NCBI GenBank assembly: GCA_947629445.1
Contig: CANRDU010000004.1
Location: 8,562-72,561, forward strand
DNA length: 64,000 nt
Origin: an uncultured Bacilli bacterium
GTDB lineage: Bacteria; Bacillota_I; Bacilli_A; RF39; UBA660
Direction: 5' to 3'
The notes under the pieces are model-generated. The model was not told the DNA's origin, did no database searches, and worked only from the letters and a program-made list of their open reading frames with translations. Every line of letters starts with the position of its first letter. Within the stretch, counting starts at the first letter, position 1. The position numbers were made by a program, and so were the translations under genes. Shown here in pieces: positions 1-9,455 of the stretch.

Positions 1-2
1 AT

Positions 3-425
3 ACAAAAGAATCTCTTTTTTCAGGTGATTTAATGTTAGAGGTATTAATACTAGGGGTTACTATTAGTGCTGTCGTATTTGGTGTTTGGAAATATATGAT
101 GGATAATGGTACAGATATGATGGTTGCTCGTGCTGTTATCATGATGTTAATGGTATTTATTCAGAATGTTAATGTTTTGAATTGTCGCAGTGAAAAGCGT
201 TCTGTATTTAAAGAGAAAATTTTAGATAATCCACTAGTAATTATTACCGTAGTGGGCTCTATTCTTCTACAAATTATCATGTCTGAAATTCCAATAACAG
301 CGATGTTTTTAGATGTTACCCCATTACCTTTTAGTACCATTGTCATTTTATTGTTATTATCGCTTGTGATTATCGTGGTTTTTGAAGTATATAAATTGAT
401 TTATCGTCTACGACATCATGAGTAG
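3..425 (+). CDS. C-terminal fragment of a P-type cation-transporting ATPase (5' end lies outside the window)
   Basis: The frame is open from base 3. The product has hydrophobic terminal helices and the segment VLNCRSEKRSVF, typical of the last TM region of Ca2+/cation P-type ATPases. A hairpin plus T-run follows. Confidence 0.6.
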   Translation, partial: TKESLFSGDLMLEVLILGVTISAVVFGVWKYMMDNGTDMMVARAVIMMLMVFIQNVNVLNCRSEKRSVFKEKILDNPLVIITVVGSILLQIIMSEIPITAMFLDVTPLPFSTIVILLLLSLVIIVVFEVYKLIYRLRHHE

Positions 426-450
426 AAAGCCTATTTTATAGGCTTTTTTT
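426..450 (+). terminator. Rho-independent terminator
   Basis: aaagcctat / ataggcttt stem followed by a T7 run. Confidence 0.7.
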
Positions 451-499
451 AGTAAAAACATGTTAAAATAGTGATAGAAATGTAGGGATATTTATAAAA

Positions 500-862
500 A
501 TGATAGAGATGACAAAAGTAGATTATGTAATGAATGCCTTAAAAAAATCCAGTTTTCGTAGTAAGTTTTCTCTAAGTCTAAAAGATAAAGAATATATTGA
601 AAAAAAGGGAATGGAAGTTATTCGCAGTCATGCAGGAGATTTTGTAAAGAGTAGGTTATCTCCAGCAATGCCATTACGAGACGGAAAGCAGACACCCTGG
701 AGAGGGCATCCCGTTTTTGTGGCTCAACATGCAACCGCAACTTGTTGTAGGGGATGTTTAGAGAAATGGCACCATATTCCCAAAGGTAGAGAACTGACGG
801 AAAGAGAGCAAGCATATATTGTTGAAGTGATCATGACATGGATTAAGAAGGAGTTTCAGTAA
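500..862 (+). CDS. DUF4186-family protein
   Basis: 120-aa ORF with the motif HPVFVAQHATATCCRGCLEKWH, which I recall as the DUF4186 signature. Confidence 0.6.
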   Translation: MIEMTKVDYVMNALKKSSFRSKFSLSLKDKEYIEKKGMEVIRSHAGDFVKSRLSPAMPLRDGKQTPWRGHPVFVAQHATATCCRGCLEKWHHIPKGRELTEREQAYIVEVIMTWIKKEFQ

Positions 863-1063
863 GAAAAAGTTTACTATTCTATGAAATTTATCAAATTATT
901 ACTATAAAATCATGTAAGGTCATGGTATAATAACATTGTAATGATATGAAACTCACTTATGGAACATAGTAAGTTTGAAGGAAACTTTTTACGCAGTTTT
1001 ATGATAATGTGAAACAAAATTCATAAGTTTATGAAGAATAATGGAAAGGTAGGTTAAATTATA

Positions 1064-1909
1064 ATGTATGATTTAGAAAAATTTATTGGACAAATAGAAG
1101 ACGATGAAGAAGACAAAGATACACTTGAATACTTAAAAAAATTATATGTAAATCATGATGATGGTGCAGATAGTAGAACGCGGGTATGGAGTAAATCTGT
1201 ATTTGAAACTAATTTGAATGGAGAATCTTTTTGGAGTATTGGTTTTGAATATATGTATGAACTAATCAAATTGTTGGGGAATAAGGAGCAATATGATAAG
1301 TTCAGTTTTGAACAAATAGAAAATCTTCTTGATAACGACAATGAGATACAAGCATTGTTAAAGACAACGAGTGAATCGGAATATGTAACATTAAAAGAGA
1401 TTTTAACTTTAAAAGAACCCGTTAAAAAAGCACTTTACGATTATATGAAAGGTAAACTAGCAATGAAAAAGCCTACTAATTTTTCAGACGATAATCGCAA
1501 TGTAGAGTATACGGAACTTACTCCTAATAGTTTCTCTGCTGAAAATGGTCAGTATGCAGCAAGAAATGTTTTATTTAATAATTTAAAAGTGGATAAAGTA
1601 GAGATATTGGGAGATATTGAGGAAGGATTAAAAACTTTAAATAATATAAGCGAGCAGTATAAAGATCAAGATTTAAAAAAGATATGTGTCGAAATGCTCG
1701 TTAGTGAAGATTTCTCTGATTGGGATGAAAACGCAACCACTTATGAAAAATGTGATAAACTTTTAAAGGGTGATGTTCAAATGATTTATATTAATGGTGA
1801 TGAAATGAAAATATGGTTTAATACAACACATGACGATGCATTTGGTGGGCATAATCCTGTTTTATATTTATATACGGAAATTGGTCGTAAAAGTATCGAG
1901 GTAGAATAA
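1064..1909 (+). CDS. Hypothetical protein (acidic, 281 aa)
   Basis: Long ORF with RBS aaaggtagg upstream and its own terminator downstream. No motif recognised. Confidence 0.6.
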   Translation: MYDLEKFIGQIEDDEEDKDTLEYLKKLYVNHDDGADSRTRVWSKSVFETNLNGESFWSIGFEYMYELIKLLGNKEQYDKFSFEQIENLLDNDNEIQALLKTTSESEYVTLKEILTLKEPVKKALYDYMKGKLAMKKPTNFSDDNRNVEYTELTPNSFSAENGQYAARNVLFNNLKVDKVEILGDIEEGLKTLNNISEQYKDQDLKKICVEMLVSEDFSDWDENATTYEKCDKLLKGDVQMIYINGDEMKIWFNTTHDDAFGGHNPVLYLYTEIGRKSIEVE

Positions 1910-1912
1910 AAG

Positions 1913-1943
1913 AGGAAATAAATGCAAATCATTTCCTTTTTTG
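1913..1943 (+). terminator. Rho-independent terminator
   Basis: aggaaat / atttcct stem followed by a T-run. Confidence 0.6.
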
Positions 1944-2017
1944 TTTAGGATTAATTTATAGTGGAATAAGGACTTTCAATCAGACGAAATTACTATTCCA
2001 AAGAAGAGGTATTTAAA

Positions 2018-2806
2018 ATGAATGGTAGAAATGAAATATTAAATAAATTCTATAACGAGATCTGCGATGAAGATACAAGGTTAGATCCTAAGCATAGAAA
2101 ATTAGAATTTTTAACAACAGACAGATATGTTCAAAAATATTTAAAACCTGGTTATAGAATACTGGAAGTAGGGGCAGGAACTGGAAAATATTCTTTGCAT
2201 TATGCAAAACAAGGATATCAAGTTAATGCGATTGAATATGTGAAGCATAATTTAGATATATTAAAAAGTAAAATTACAGATGAAATGGATATCGTTGCCG
2301 AACAAGGCGATGCGATAGATTTATCAAGATTTGCTGATAATACTTTTGATATAGTATTAGTTTTAGGACCTTTATATCATTTATATACTGAGGAAGAAGT
2401 AAATAAATGTATAAGTGAGACTAAGAGAGTATGCAAGGATGATGGAGTAATGATGTTTGCTTATCTACCTAATGATTCCATAATGATAAGTTGGGCTTTA
2501 TTACAAGGACACTTAAAATCTGGATATGATAATAAACAATTTGATGAAAATTTTAAAATGATTTCTGACCCAAGTGAAATAATGAGAACATTTTATATTG
2601 ATGAAATAGAAAAAATTATGGATTTAAATGACATAAAAAAAATAAACAATATTTCGACATCTGGAGTTGCGCCACATTTTAGAAACATCGTTGATAATTT
2701 ATCAGAAGAAGAATTTGAAATTTGGAAAAATTATCATTTTCGTTCTTGTGAAAGAAAAGAAGTTCAAGGTTATAGTACTCACATGTTATATATTGGTAAA
2801 AAATGA
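2018..2806 (+). CDS. Class I SAM-dependent methyltransferase
   Basis: Motif I ILEVGAGTGKYS and post-I acidic residue pattern; 262 aa; RBS agaagagg. Confidence 0.75.
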   Translation: MNGRNEILNKFYNEICDEDTRLDPKHRKLEFLTTDRYVQKYLKPGYRILEVGAGTGKYSLHYAKQGYQVNAIEYVKHNLDILKSKITDEMDIVAEQGDAIDLSRFADNTFDIVLVLGPLYHLYTEEEVNKCISETKRVCKDDGVMMFAYLPNDSIMISWALLQGHLKSGYDNKQFDENFKMISDPSEIMRTFYIDEIEKIMDLNDIKKINNISTSGVAPHFRNIVDNLSEEEFEIWKNYHFRSCERKEVQGYSTHMLYIGKK

Positions 2807-2925
2807 AGCGATAGTTTATAGTGATAGATTATCGTTTTTTCTTTTGAAGATATTGGGAAAAGTAAAAGTTATAGACGTTTTTTATGTGACGTGGTAAAAT
2901 GATTAATATAGAGGAGATAAGAAAT

Positions 2926-3438
2926 ATGAATATGGGAAATTTTGTGGGAGCAATGTTAGGAATAAAATTGGTAAATGGTAAAATTAGTCCCAAATATGGT
3001 ACTGCGGCGATTGTGGCAATGATAATTATGGTATTCTTTTTTATATTGTTCTGTGGAACAATGATATATGGATTAATCAATATTGATATGGAAGTAATTG
3101 TAATGTCTGTTTGTGGACTATATGGATTTGGATATTTATTATTGATAAGCCCTTATACCCAGAAATCAAGTAATTATTATATCGAATTTCAAAGTGAAAA
3201 CTCTTTAGCGGGTTTTAAATTGGCATATAAAGGTAGATGGGTAAATATACAATACAGGCTTGATAATCAAGGAAAGTTTGCCTTTGCTAATAACAGGAAC
3301 AAATTAAGTTGTTTATCATATGTTGATGGCACGAAGATGAGTAATTTAGAGAAATATAAAATAATCAATTATTTTTCTAAATGGTTAAAAGACAATGGCT
3401 TGTTATCGTTAGAGGTTACTTCTACTTTGGAGCAATGA
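2926..3438 (+). CDS. Hypothetical membrane protein
   Basis: Two or three hydrophobic helices at the N-terminus. ORF is open from 2899, but RBS gaggag (2911-2916) favours the ATG at 2926. Confidence 0.5.
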   Translation: MNMGNFVGAMLGIKLVNGKISPKYGTAAIVAMIIMVFFFILFCGTMIYGLINIDMEVIVMSVCGLYGFGYLLLISPYTQKSSNYYIEFQSENSLAGFKLAYKGRWVNIQYRLDNQGKFAFANNRNKLSCLSYVDGTKMSNLEKYKIINYFSKWLKDNGLLSLEVTSTLEQ

Positions 3439-3445
3439 TAAGCAA

Positions 3446-3487
3446 AAAGACAACGTTAAAAGATAATGATTTAATGTTGTCTTTTTT
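3446..3487 (+). terminator. Rho-independent terminator (large loop)
   Basis: aaagacaac / gttgtcttt stem followed by a T-run. Confidence 0.5.
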
Positions 3488-3643
3488 CTGTTTGCAGATT
3501 TTATTAAATTTTAATTAAGGATAACCTTTCAAAAGGGTGAATGCTGTTTTTTAAAAAAATAAATGTCTCATGATTCATGCGACAATTTTCCTTTAGTATG
3601 TTACAATACATTTATAGTGAAGATAGAGGGAGGATAATTAAAA

Positions 3644-3988
3644 ATGACAAATACAAATGATTTTTTAGGTAAAGAGGTAACCGTAAAGATAGATAGACCA
3701 TTAGGGTCAACACATCCAAAACATGGATTTATGTATATGTTAAATTATGGCTTTATACCGAATACAATTAGTGGTGATGGTGAAGAATTAGATGCTTATT
3801 TAGTTGGCGAATTTGAACCAGTAGAAGAAGAAAAAGGCAAAGTAATAGCGATCATTCATAGAACGAACGATGATGATGATAAGTTGATTGTTTCCAAAAA
3901 TGGAAAAGAATATTCTGATGATGCCATTAGGGCTATGACAGAATTTCAAGAACGATTTTTCGAGTCAATCATTATTAGAAAAAAATAA
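3644..3988 (+). CDS. Small inorganic-pyrophosphatase-like protein
   Basis: DRPLGS..HP...Y.NYGFIP.T...DGEELDAYL and a DDDDK acidic cluster resemble short family I PPase-like proteins. Strong RBS gagggagg. Confidence 0.5.
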   Translation: MTNTNDFLGKEVTVKIDRPLGSTHPKHGFMYMLNYGFIPNTISGDGEELDAYLVGEFEPVEEEKGKVIAIIHRTNDDDDKLIVSKNGKEYSDDAIRAMTEFQERFFESIIIRKK

Positions 3989-4092
3989 TTTATACATGTT
4001 TGAAAAAAGGCTTCTATCATTATTGAAAATTTAGCTTTTGTTAGGGAAAAAGTTGAAGTCATGTTATAATTATGTAAGGAAAGTGTGAATAT

Positions 4093-4638
4093 ATGAGTAA
4101 ATATGTAAGAGTGATGGATGGATTGAAATCTAATGCAAATGGTTTTCAATATAAGTTAAATGAAGTGAATAATGCTAATCATTGGAATCGCAATGCTGAT
4201 AATCCGAAAGAAATGGGAGGATTTAATTTTAGTACTGAAGATAAAATATTAAGATGGTTACATCGTGGTGATACGATTTATGATGTGGAAATTCCAAAAG
4301 ATGCTGAGGTTGTTCTTTGCGATGAAGAAAAAGGTATATATCGGTCAAATAAAATCATTGTTTCAAATCCTAGAAAAATAACTGACGAAATCGTTTTAGA
4401 TTTATATCAGAAAAACACCTTATCGAATAAAATAATAGCACAATGTTTACAAACATTATTGTGGAAGGATAGATTAGAATTTTGTAAATATATTATTAGG
4501 GATAGTATTAATAAAGAAAATATAGATGAAGTATTAGATGAATTCGAAAAATATACTAAAGAAAGGGAAAAAGTAAATCCTAATAGTGGAGATACCAAGA
4601 TCATTCATGATATTTTAAAAGAGATTCAAAACCAATAG
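4093..4638 (+). CDS. Hypothetical protein (181 aa)
   Basis: ORF with RBS aaggaaag and its own terminator. No confident family assignment. Confidence 0.55.
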   Translation: MSKYVRVMDGLKSNANGFQYKLNEVNNANHWNRNADNPKEMGGFNFSTEDKILRWLHRGDTIYDVEIPKDAEVVLCDEEKGIYRSNKIIVSNPRKITDEIVLDLYQKNTLSNKIIAQCLQTLLWKDRLEFCKYIIRDSINKENIDEVLDEFEKYTKEREKVNPNSGDTKIIHDILKEIQNQ

Positions 4639-4671
4639 ATATAGTTTATATTACGGAGAATCTAGTAGTGG

Positions 4672-4699
4672 AAACAAGTTGCATGAACGACTTGTTTTT
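4672..4699 (+). terminator. Rho-independent terminator
   Basis: aaacaagt / acttgttt stem followed by a T-run. Confidence 0.65.
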
Positions 4700-4772
4700 A
4701 TATAGTTTTCCAATATTATCATTATTACCTAACTGGATTTTTCTTTCAAACTGAAATGAGGAAGTTTTAAAC

Positions 4773-4803
4773 AAAAAAACTAATCCACTTGGATTAGCTT
4801 TTT
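4773..4803. terminator. Bidirectional terminator (ends the minus-strand sipW operon)
   Basis: ctaatcc / ggattag stem flanked by an A7 run on one side and a T5 run on the other. Confidence 0.6.
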
Positions 4804-4916
4804 ATCAAAAATGGAGTAAATATGGCAGATATTTATCACTTTGTTCATAAGCATTAATATATAAAATATCAATCTTCAGAAGTAATATATCATTTGTTTT
4901 TGAAAAAATCACATGG

Positions 4917-5858
4917 TTATATTGTTTTTTTTAAATGATAAATATAATAAATATTGTCTATAATCGCATAATAGCTGTTTTGGTAATGAAATATATTGGA
5001 ATTATTATTTACGGCTATATTTATTAAATCTTTTAAACTAGTTAAATAGATAATATTATCCATATTAATATTAGGTTTCTTTTGAATAGTGATAATGATA
5101 TCTTGATAAGATTTTAAAATTGTCTTTTCATCATTTCTATAGAATAAAATTTTACTTATTAAATAAATAGTCGCTATAACTAAGATAATAAATACTATTA
5201 TTATTTTTAGATCAACATTTTGTTTATTATTTTCTAAAAAAGCATTCTCTTCTTTCATAGTGATTTCGATAATATTTTCGTTAAGAGGAATCACTAATTC
5301 CACATAAGGATTATCTTTATCATTAATTTGTACATTAAGTTTGATAGATAAATAACTTTCCGTTTTAATATTATAATATTCCTGGAAGGATTCAACATAA
5401 TTAACATAATATTGATAATCTAATTTGTAATTTTCAATTATATGAATTTCTCTTCCATCAATATTATTTATATTTTTTAAATTAAAATCTTTAGTCCAAA
5501 TTAATTTCGTGCCATTATCAGCATAACTTTTGATAGTAGCCGTCATATTATAAGAATAGTTAATATTTTCTTTCGTCTTGTCTTTTAAATAATAGTCAAA
5601 ATAAATATCAATATTTTTAATGGAATTTGCAATATAGTAATGATCAGATTCTAATGTATCTTTTAAAAAATAATTGTTAGGATTTAAAGTAACTTCATAA
5701 TATGTTTGGTTTTTGAATTGATATATATTGCTTTTTTGTATATTGTTATATGTATATATTACTCCTAAAAGAAGAATTCCTATAATAATACTAAAGAATA
5801 ATATCTTTATTTTTTTACTTTTTTCTTGCAATTTAATTCTCCTTCGCAAATAATTCAT
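4917..5858 (-). CDS. Two-TM membrane protein with a large extracytoplasmic domain (DUF5305-like by topology and context)
   Basis: N-terminal TM (ILFFSIIIGILLLGVIY), a ~190-aa external domain, a second TM (IIIVFIILVIATIYLISKILF) and a cytoplasmic tail. Its start overlaps the upstream sipW-like gene by 26 nt. The DUF5305 name is from memory of sipW neighbourhoods. Confidence 0.4.
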   Translation of the reverse strand: MNYLRRRIKLQEKSKKIKILFFSIIIGILLLGVIYTYNNIQKSNIYQFKNQTYYEVTLNPNNYFLKDTLESDHYYIANSIKNIDIYFDYYLKDKTKENINYSYNMTATIKSYADNGTKLIWTKDFNLKNINNIDGREIHIIENYKLDYQYYVNYVESFQEYYNIKTESYLSIKLNVQINDKDNPYVELVIPLNENIIEITMKEENAFLENNKQNVDLKIIIVFIILVIATIYLISKILFYRNDEKTILKSYQDIIITIQKKPNINMDNIIYLTSLKDLINIAVNNNSNIFHYQNSYYAIIDNIYYIYHLKKTI

Positions 5859-6924
5859 TTAACCAAATAGAAGGGTATCCTAAATATTTAAGAGAAAATT
5901 GATAAACACCTTTTATATCTTCTTTTTGAACTTTGATATAATCTACACTATTATTGGCATCTCCTTTGGTAACATAATAATCATTTATACTTACAACTCG
6001 GTGAACAATCATTTGATTTTGATATTGAAAGACAATAATATCCCCAGGAACGATATTTTCTTCTTTTTTATAAATGACAACATCGCCTCTTTTAAAAATG
6101 GGGTTCATACTATTGGACAAAATAGCGATAGGTTGATAAGTAAATAATCCAAGCATAAATAATACAAATAAAATAGATGCCATAATCGTGAAAGGAAGTA
6201 TTGTTCCTACATTCGTAAAATGATTTATCGTTCTTTTCCTAAAAATAAAGTATCTAAATAAATAGTAAATGATTAAAACTTTAATGATCCCAAAAGAACC
6301 TTCCATAAACCAATTACGATAGGGAATCATTGGTAAAATAATTTTCGGTATTTCCTGAAATACTTGAATAATTATAGAAACATTATAGTGTGAATTTAAA
6401 GATAAATAAGTAAATAGAATATTTTGAGCAATAATAGGGATAATTATGGAAATAAAATAATGAAAAAAAATGATATTCTGCGAAAAGAAAAGGGCTTTAA
6501 AATTAATTTCACTGAAAATAATGATAATGGTTACTAAAACTTTAAAACCAAAATAATTTTTGTTGCTTCTAAGCAGTTTATAGCGTATTATTTCAACACC
6601 ACATATCGGTAAGATAACTTTCCATATATTTATAAAAATATTAATGAATGAATAATTAGAAAAATTTTTCTGAAAGCCGAAAATAAAACCACTAATGAAA
6701 TAAAGTATAAAAAAGATAATGGATATAGTCAAAGTAGTATTCATTTCTTTTCTCTTGGAAAGTTTGAAATTTTGAGGATAAAAAATGATTAGAAAAATTA
6801 ACCAAAAAAGTGGCTTAAAAACATTCATATAAAAACGATTCGTATAAAAGAATATATGACTTATGGTATAGATGCTTAAAAGAAAAAATAAATGTTTATT
6901 TTTAAGCGTTTTCTTTTTGAACAT
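5833..6924 (-). CDS. sipW: SipW-type (archaeal/ER-type S26B) signal peptidase I fused to a ~235-aa N-terminal polytopic membrane domain
   Basis: The C-terminal ~125 aa carry SNSMNP (catalytic Ser box), IVHRV (His box) and KGDANN (Asp box). The N-terminal ~235 aa have about 7 hydrophobic helices and are absent from canonical ~190-aa SipW. Confidence 0.7.
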   Translation of the reverse strand: MFKKKTLKNKHLFFLLSIYTISHIFFYTNRFYMNVFKPLFWLIFLIIFYPQNFKLSKRKEMNTTLTISIIFFILYFISGFIFGFQKNFSNYSFINIFINIWKVILPICGVEIIRYKLLRSNKNYFGFKVLVTIIIIFSEINFKALFFSQNIIFFHYFISIIIPIIAQNILFTYLSLNSHYNVSIIIQVFQEIPKIILPMIPYRNWFMEGSFGIIKVLIIYYLFRYFIFRKRTINHFTNVGTILPFTIMASILFVLFMLGLFTYQPIAILSNSMNPIFKRGDVVIYKKEENIVPGDIIVFQYQNQMIVHRVVSINDYYVTKGDANNSVDYIKVQKEDIKGVYQFSLKYLGYPSIWLNELFAKEN

Positions 6925-7405
6925 ATTGAATTATCCCTGTTAATGTTTTGGTTTTCACATCAGGAATTTCCTTCGTATTTTTAACATAGGTTACTATGAT
7001 ATTAAAGGTAGTGGAATCCCCAACATTTAAGTCTTTTTTTAGTTCAGATGTTGTATAGTTAATTTCTTCAATTCCACCTATTTCTTCTGTGAATATTATC
7101 GTTTGTAATTCGGCATCAATAGTTCCTAAATTTTCTATGGTAACTTCATAAATGATTTCATCGCCAGGTTTATTCAGTTTAGCTGAAAAATTAATAGAAT
7201 CTTTAGTAAATGAAGGTGTTCCAGCATCGCAACCATCGGGCACTTGGGTAGCAGTTATATTTGTTATTCTGACGTCCCACTCACCAGTAATTTCGGCAGT
7301 TCCATCAATAGTAAAATCGGTTGCAAATGTCGAATAACCAACAGCCATTAAAATAATAGTTGCAAGAAAGAAGACAATGATAATGAATATTTTTTTGTTA
7401 TGCAA
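6902..7405 (-). CDS. Secreted TasA/camelysin-like beta-sandwich protein, probable SipW substrate
   Basis: TTG start 8 nt after aaggag. The signal peptide ends in GYSTFATDF (compare TasA GTWAAFND). INFSAKLNKPGDEIIYEVTIENLGT resembles TasA VNLSNLKPGDKLTKDFQFENNGS. First gene of the sipW operon. Confidence 0.55.
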   Translation of the reverse strand: MHNKKIFIIIVFFLATIILMAVGYSTFATDFTIDGTAEITGEWDVRITNITATQVPDGCDAGTPSFTKDSINFSAKLNKPGDEIIYEVTIENLGTIDAELQTIIFTEEIGGIEEINYTTSELKKDLNVGDSTTFNIIVTYVKNTKEIPDVKTKTLTGIIQYVQKENA

Positions 7406-7751
7406 ATTATATTCTCCTTTCTATTTAGCTTATCAAAGTTAAATTAGAAATAGCATTTGCTATTTCACTCATAATTTATGTTAAAACAGATAATTGGTAT
7501 TGTTGTTAATCCTAAGTGAATTTAAAAATTTTACTAATCTATAGAATTTCATATTTTCTTTTTTAAAGGATATAATTATTATTCCTAAAATGATGCCTAG
7601 ATAACAAAAAAATCCCATATATTTGAGATTTTTTACAAATAGAGTGAGTGATGAAAAATTTATATATACGATATATACGATCATTTGGATAATTATTAAA
7701 AAGGTAAGGGGAGAGATAAACTGGGTTTCACTGAAACTGATAACGTTGGTC

Positions 7752-7781
7752 AAAAAAACCTAGTTCCCGTTAAGAACTAGG
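7752..7781 (-). terminator. Rho-independent terminator of the 511-aa gene
   Basis: cctagttc / gaactagg stem; on the minus strand it is followed by T7. Confidence 0.7.
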
Positions 7782-7900
7782 TTATTTAATAAAAAATGGA
7801 GCAATTGTGTATCTCGTTTGAGAAACAATTACCTACAAATGTAATAAGAGATAAATCTTAATTACATACTCATTATATACTTAAACAAAAGATAATGCAA

Positions 7901-9436
7901 TTACTTCTCAGTATTATTTTTAATTAAATCTTTTATTTGATTTATGGATTTATTTATTTCTTTTATTTCATTATTATTAATTTCAATTTTAGTTTCTATA
8001 TTTTTTATTGAATTATCATTTTTATTTCTATATTCAAAAAATATACTTAATCCCAAAGCACCTATGGCAATAATAACTGATATAATTGAAATCCAAAATG
8101 AACTTTTAATATTATTAATATTGATTCTAAATTCATATTCTTTTTTTAAATCTAGCAATTGTTTATTATAATCATCATAAATATTTTTTATATTTTCAAA
8201 ACCTTTTATTATATATTCATCTTTATATTGAAATTTGTGAATATCAATACCATTAAATATGGAACTATATTTATGAAATTTTGAATTTAGTATTTCATAT
8301 TGCTTATAATTTTTTCTAATTTTATTAGTTTTGCAATTATACAACTTAATCTTTTCATTTGTAATATCTCCTTGCATCTCATCTAAAAGATAAAAGGCAA
8401 TAGAATTAATAAAAATATTTGTAAACTCATTACCAGTATGTTTTATTATATTTTCTTTTTCTTTAAGATAAAAAAGAACACTATTTGAACGATCTATTTT
8501 ATTTCGAGATATCATAATGTTGTACCACATAGTAGTATCAATGAACGAATCGCTTTCTCCACTTTTTCCAACACATACACTTATATTTTCAAGTTCTCTA
8601 GCTAAATAATGTTCTAATATTTCTAAATCTTGATAGAAAGATTCTGCTCTATTTGTTACTTTAAAGTTAGTTTGATATGTATTAATACTTATTGGTGGTT
8701 TATTTTTATAATCTAATTGAAGAGGTAGATATTTATTAAATAGTTTGTTGAATCTACATTTAAATTCTATAATAAAGTCTTCATAATCATTATTGCGTTT
8801 TTTCTTAACGGAAGTTCTGCTTCTACTATAAAGATACTTCTTTTTATATTTTAATTTATCATAAATAGTAGCTATATTTACTTTTTCATTAAATATATTG
8901 TTTATTTCGTTATTAAATTTTTCTGTAACTTTTAAATCAAAAGATATTCCTAAAAGGTCATTTGATATTTCAAAAATATGAATAATTATTAAATCACATA
9001 ATTCATATAGTTCATTATCCTTTGGTGATAATCTACATAATTCAGTACAACCATGATAGTTAGTTGAAGTTATATAACTATCTATACATTTTTTTAATTC
9101 TTTATGTCTAAGTTCTCCACCTAAATAGCCTTTTAAATAATTGTCTTTATATAGATTAATAATTCCTGGATATAAATTATGGCAATCATTTTTAGAAACA
9201 ATATTCAGTAAAAATATATCATTTAATCTTAAATATTTGTTTTTAGGCATGGTAGTATTTTTTTCATCATATGCTTTTTCAAAATTATCCTCCGTATATA
9301 GAAATTTTTCCATATCGGTTAATGGTATTATTTTTGATGTCTTATTTCTTATACTTTTTTTAATATTCATTACCTTATTTAAAAAAAGATTATCTTTATC
9401 TATTCTTTGCTTACTAAATTTATTTTTTATTTTCAT
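7901..9436 (-). CDS. Hypothetical 511-aa protein with one C-terminal TM helix and a coiled-coil tail
   Basis: Long ORF in extremely AT-rich DNA. TM SSFWISIISVIIAIGALGLSIFF lies near aa 445-467, followed by a 44-aa N/I/K-rich heptad-like tail. No catalytic motif recognised. Confidence 0.6.
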   Translation of the reverse strand: MKIKNKFSKQRIDKDNLFLNKVMNIKKSIRNKTSKIIPLTDMEKFLYTEDNFEKAYDEKNTTMPKNKYLRLNDIFLLNIVSKNDCHNLYPGIINLYKDNYLKGYLGGELRHKELKKCIDSYITSTNYHGCTELCRLSPKDNELYELCDLIIIHIFEISNDLLGISFDLKVTEKFNNEINNIFNEKVNIATIYDKLKYKKKYLYSRSRTSVKKKRNNDYEDFIIEFKCRFNKLFNKYLPLQLDYKNKPPISINTYQTNFKVTNRAESFYQDLEILEHYLARELENISVCVGKSGESDSFIDTTMWYNIMISRNKIDRSNSVLFYLKEKENIIKHTGNEFTNIFINSIAFYLLDEMQGDITNEKIKLYNCKTNKIRKNYKQYEILNSKFHKYSSIFNGIDIHKFQYKDEYIIKGFENIKNIYDDYNKQLLDLKKEYEFRININNIKSSFWISIISVIIAIGALGLSIFFEYRNKNDNSIKNIETKIEINNNEIKEINKSINQIKDLIKNNTEK

Positions 9437-9455
9437 TTCAAACCTCCCAATAATA

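Noticed and set aside
2667-3080. ORFs 2667-2897 (+) and 2829-3080 (-) around the methyltransferase stop.
   Set aside because: The first is an alternative frame inside the methyltransferase gene. The second is antisense to the membrane-protein gene. Neither has an RBS.
7481-7753. 90-aa hydrophobic ORF on the minus strand, upstream of the sipW operon.
   Set aside because: Its TTG start lies inside the terminator T-run of the upstream gene and has no RBS. The composition-driven Ile/Phe/Leu content is expected by chance in roughly 20% GC DNA. A small membrane protein starting at an internal Met cannot be excluded.
8560-8590. VCVGKSGES in the 511-aa protein, considered as a P-loop.
   Set aside because: It lacks the Gly at position -5 of the GxxxxGK[ST] motif and there is no Walker B candidate. 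Probably coincidental.
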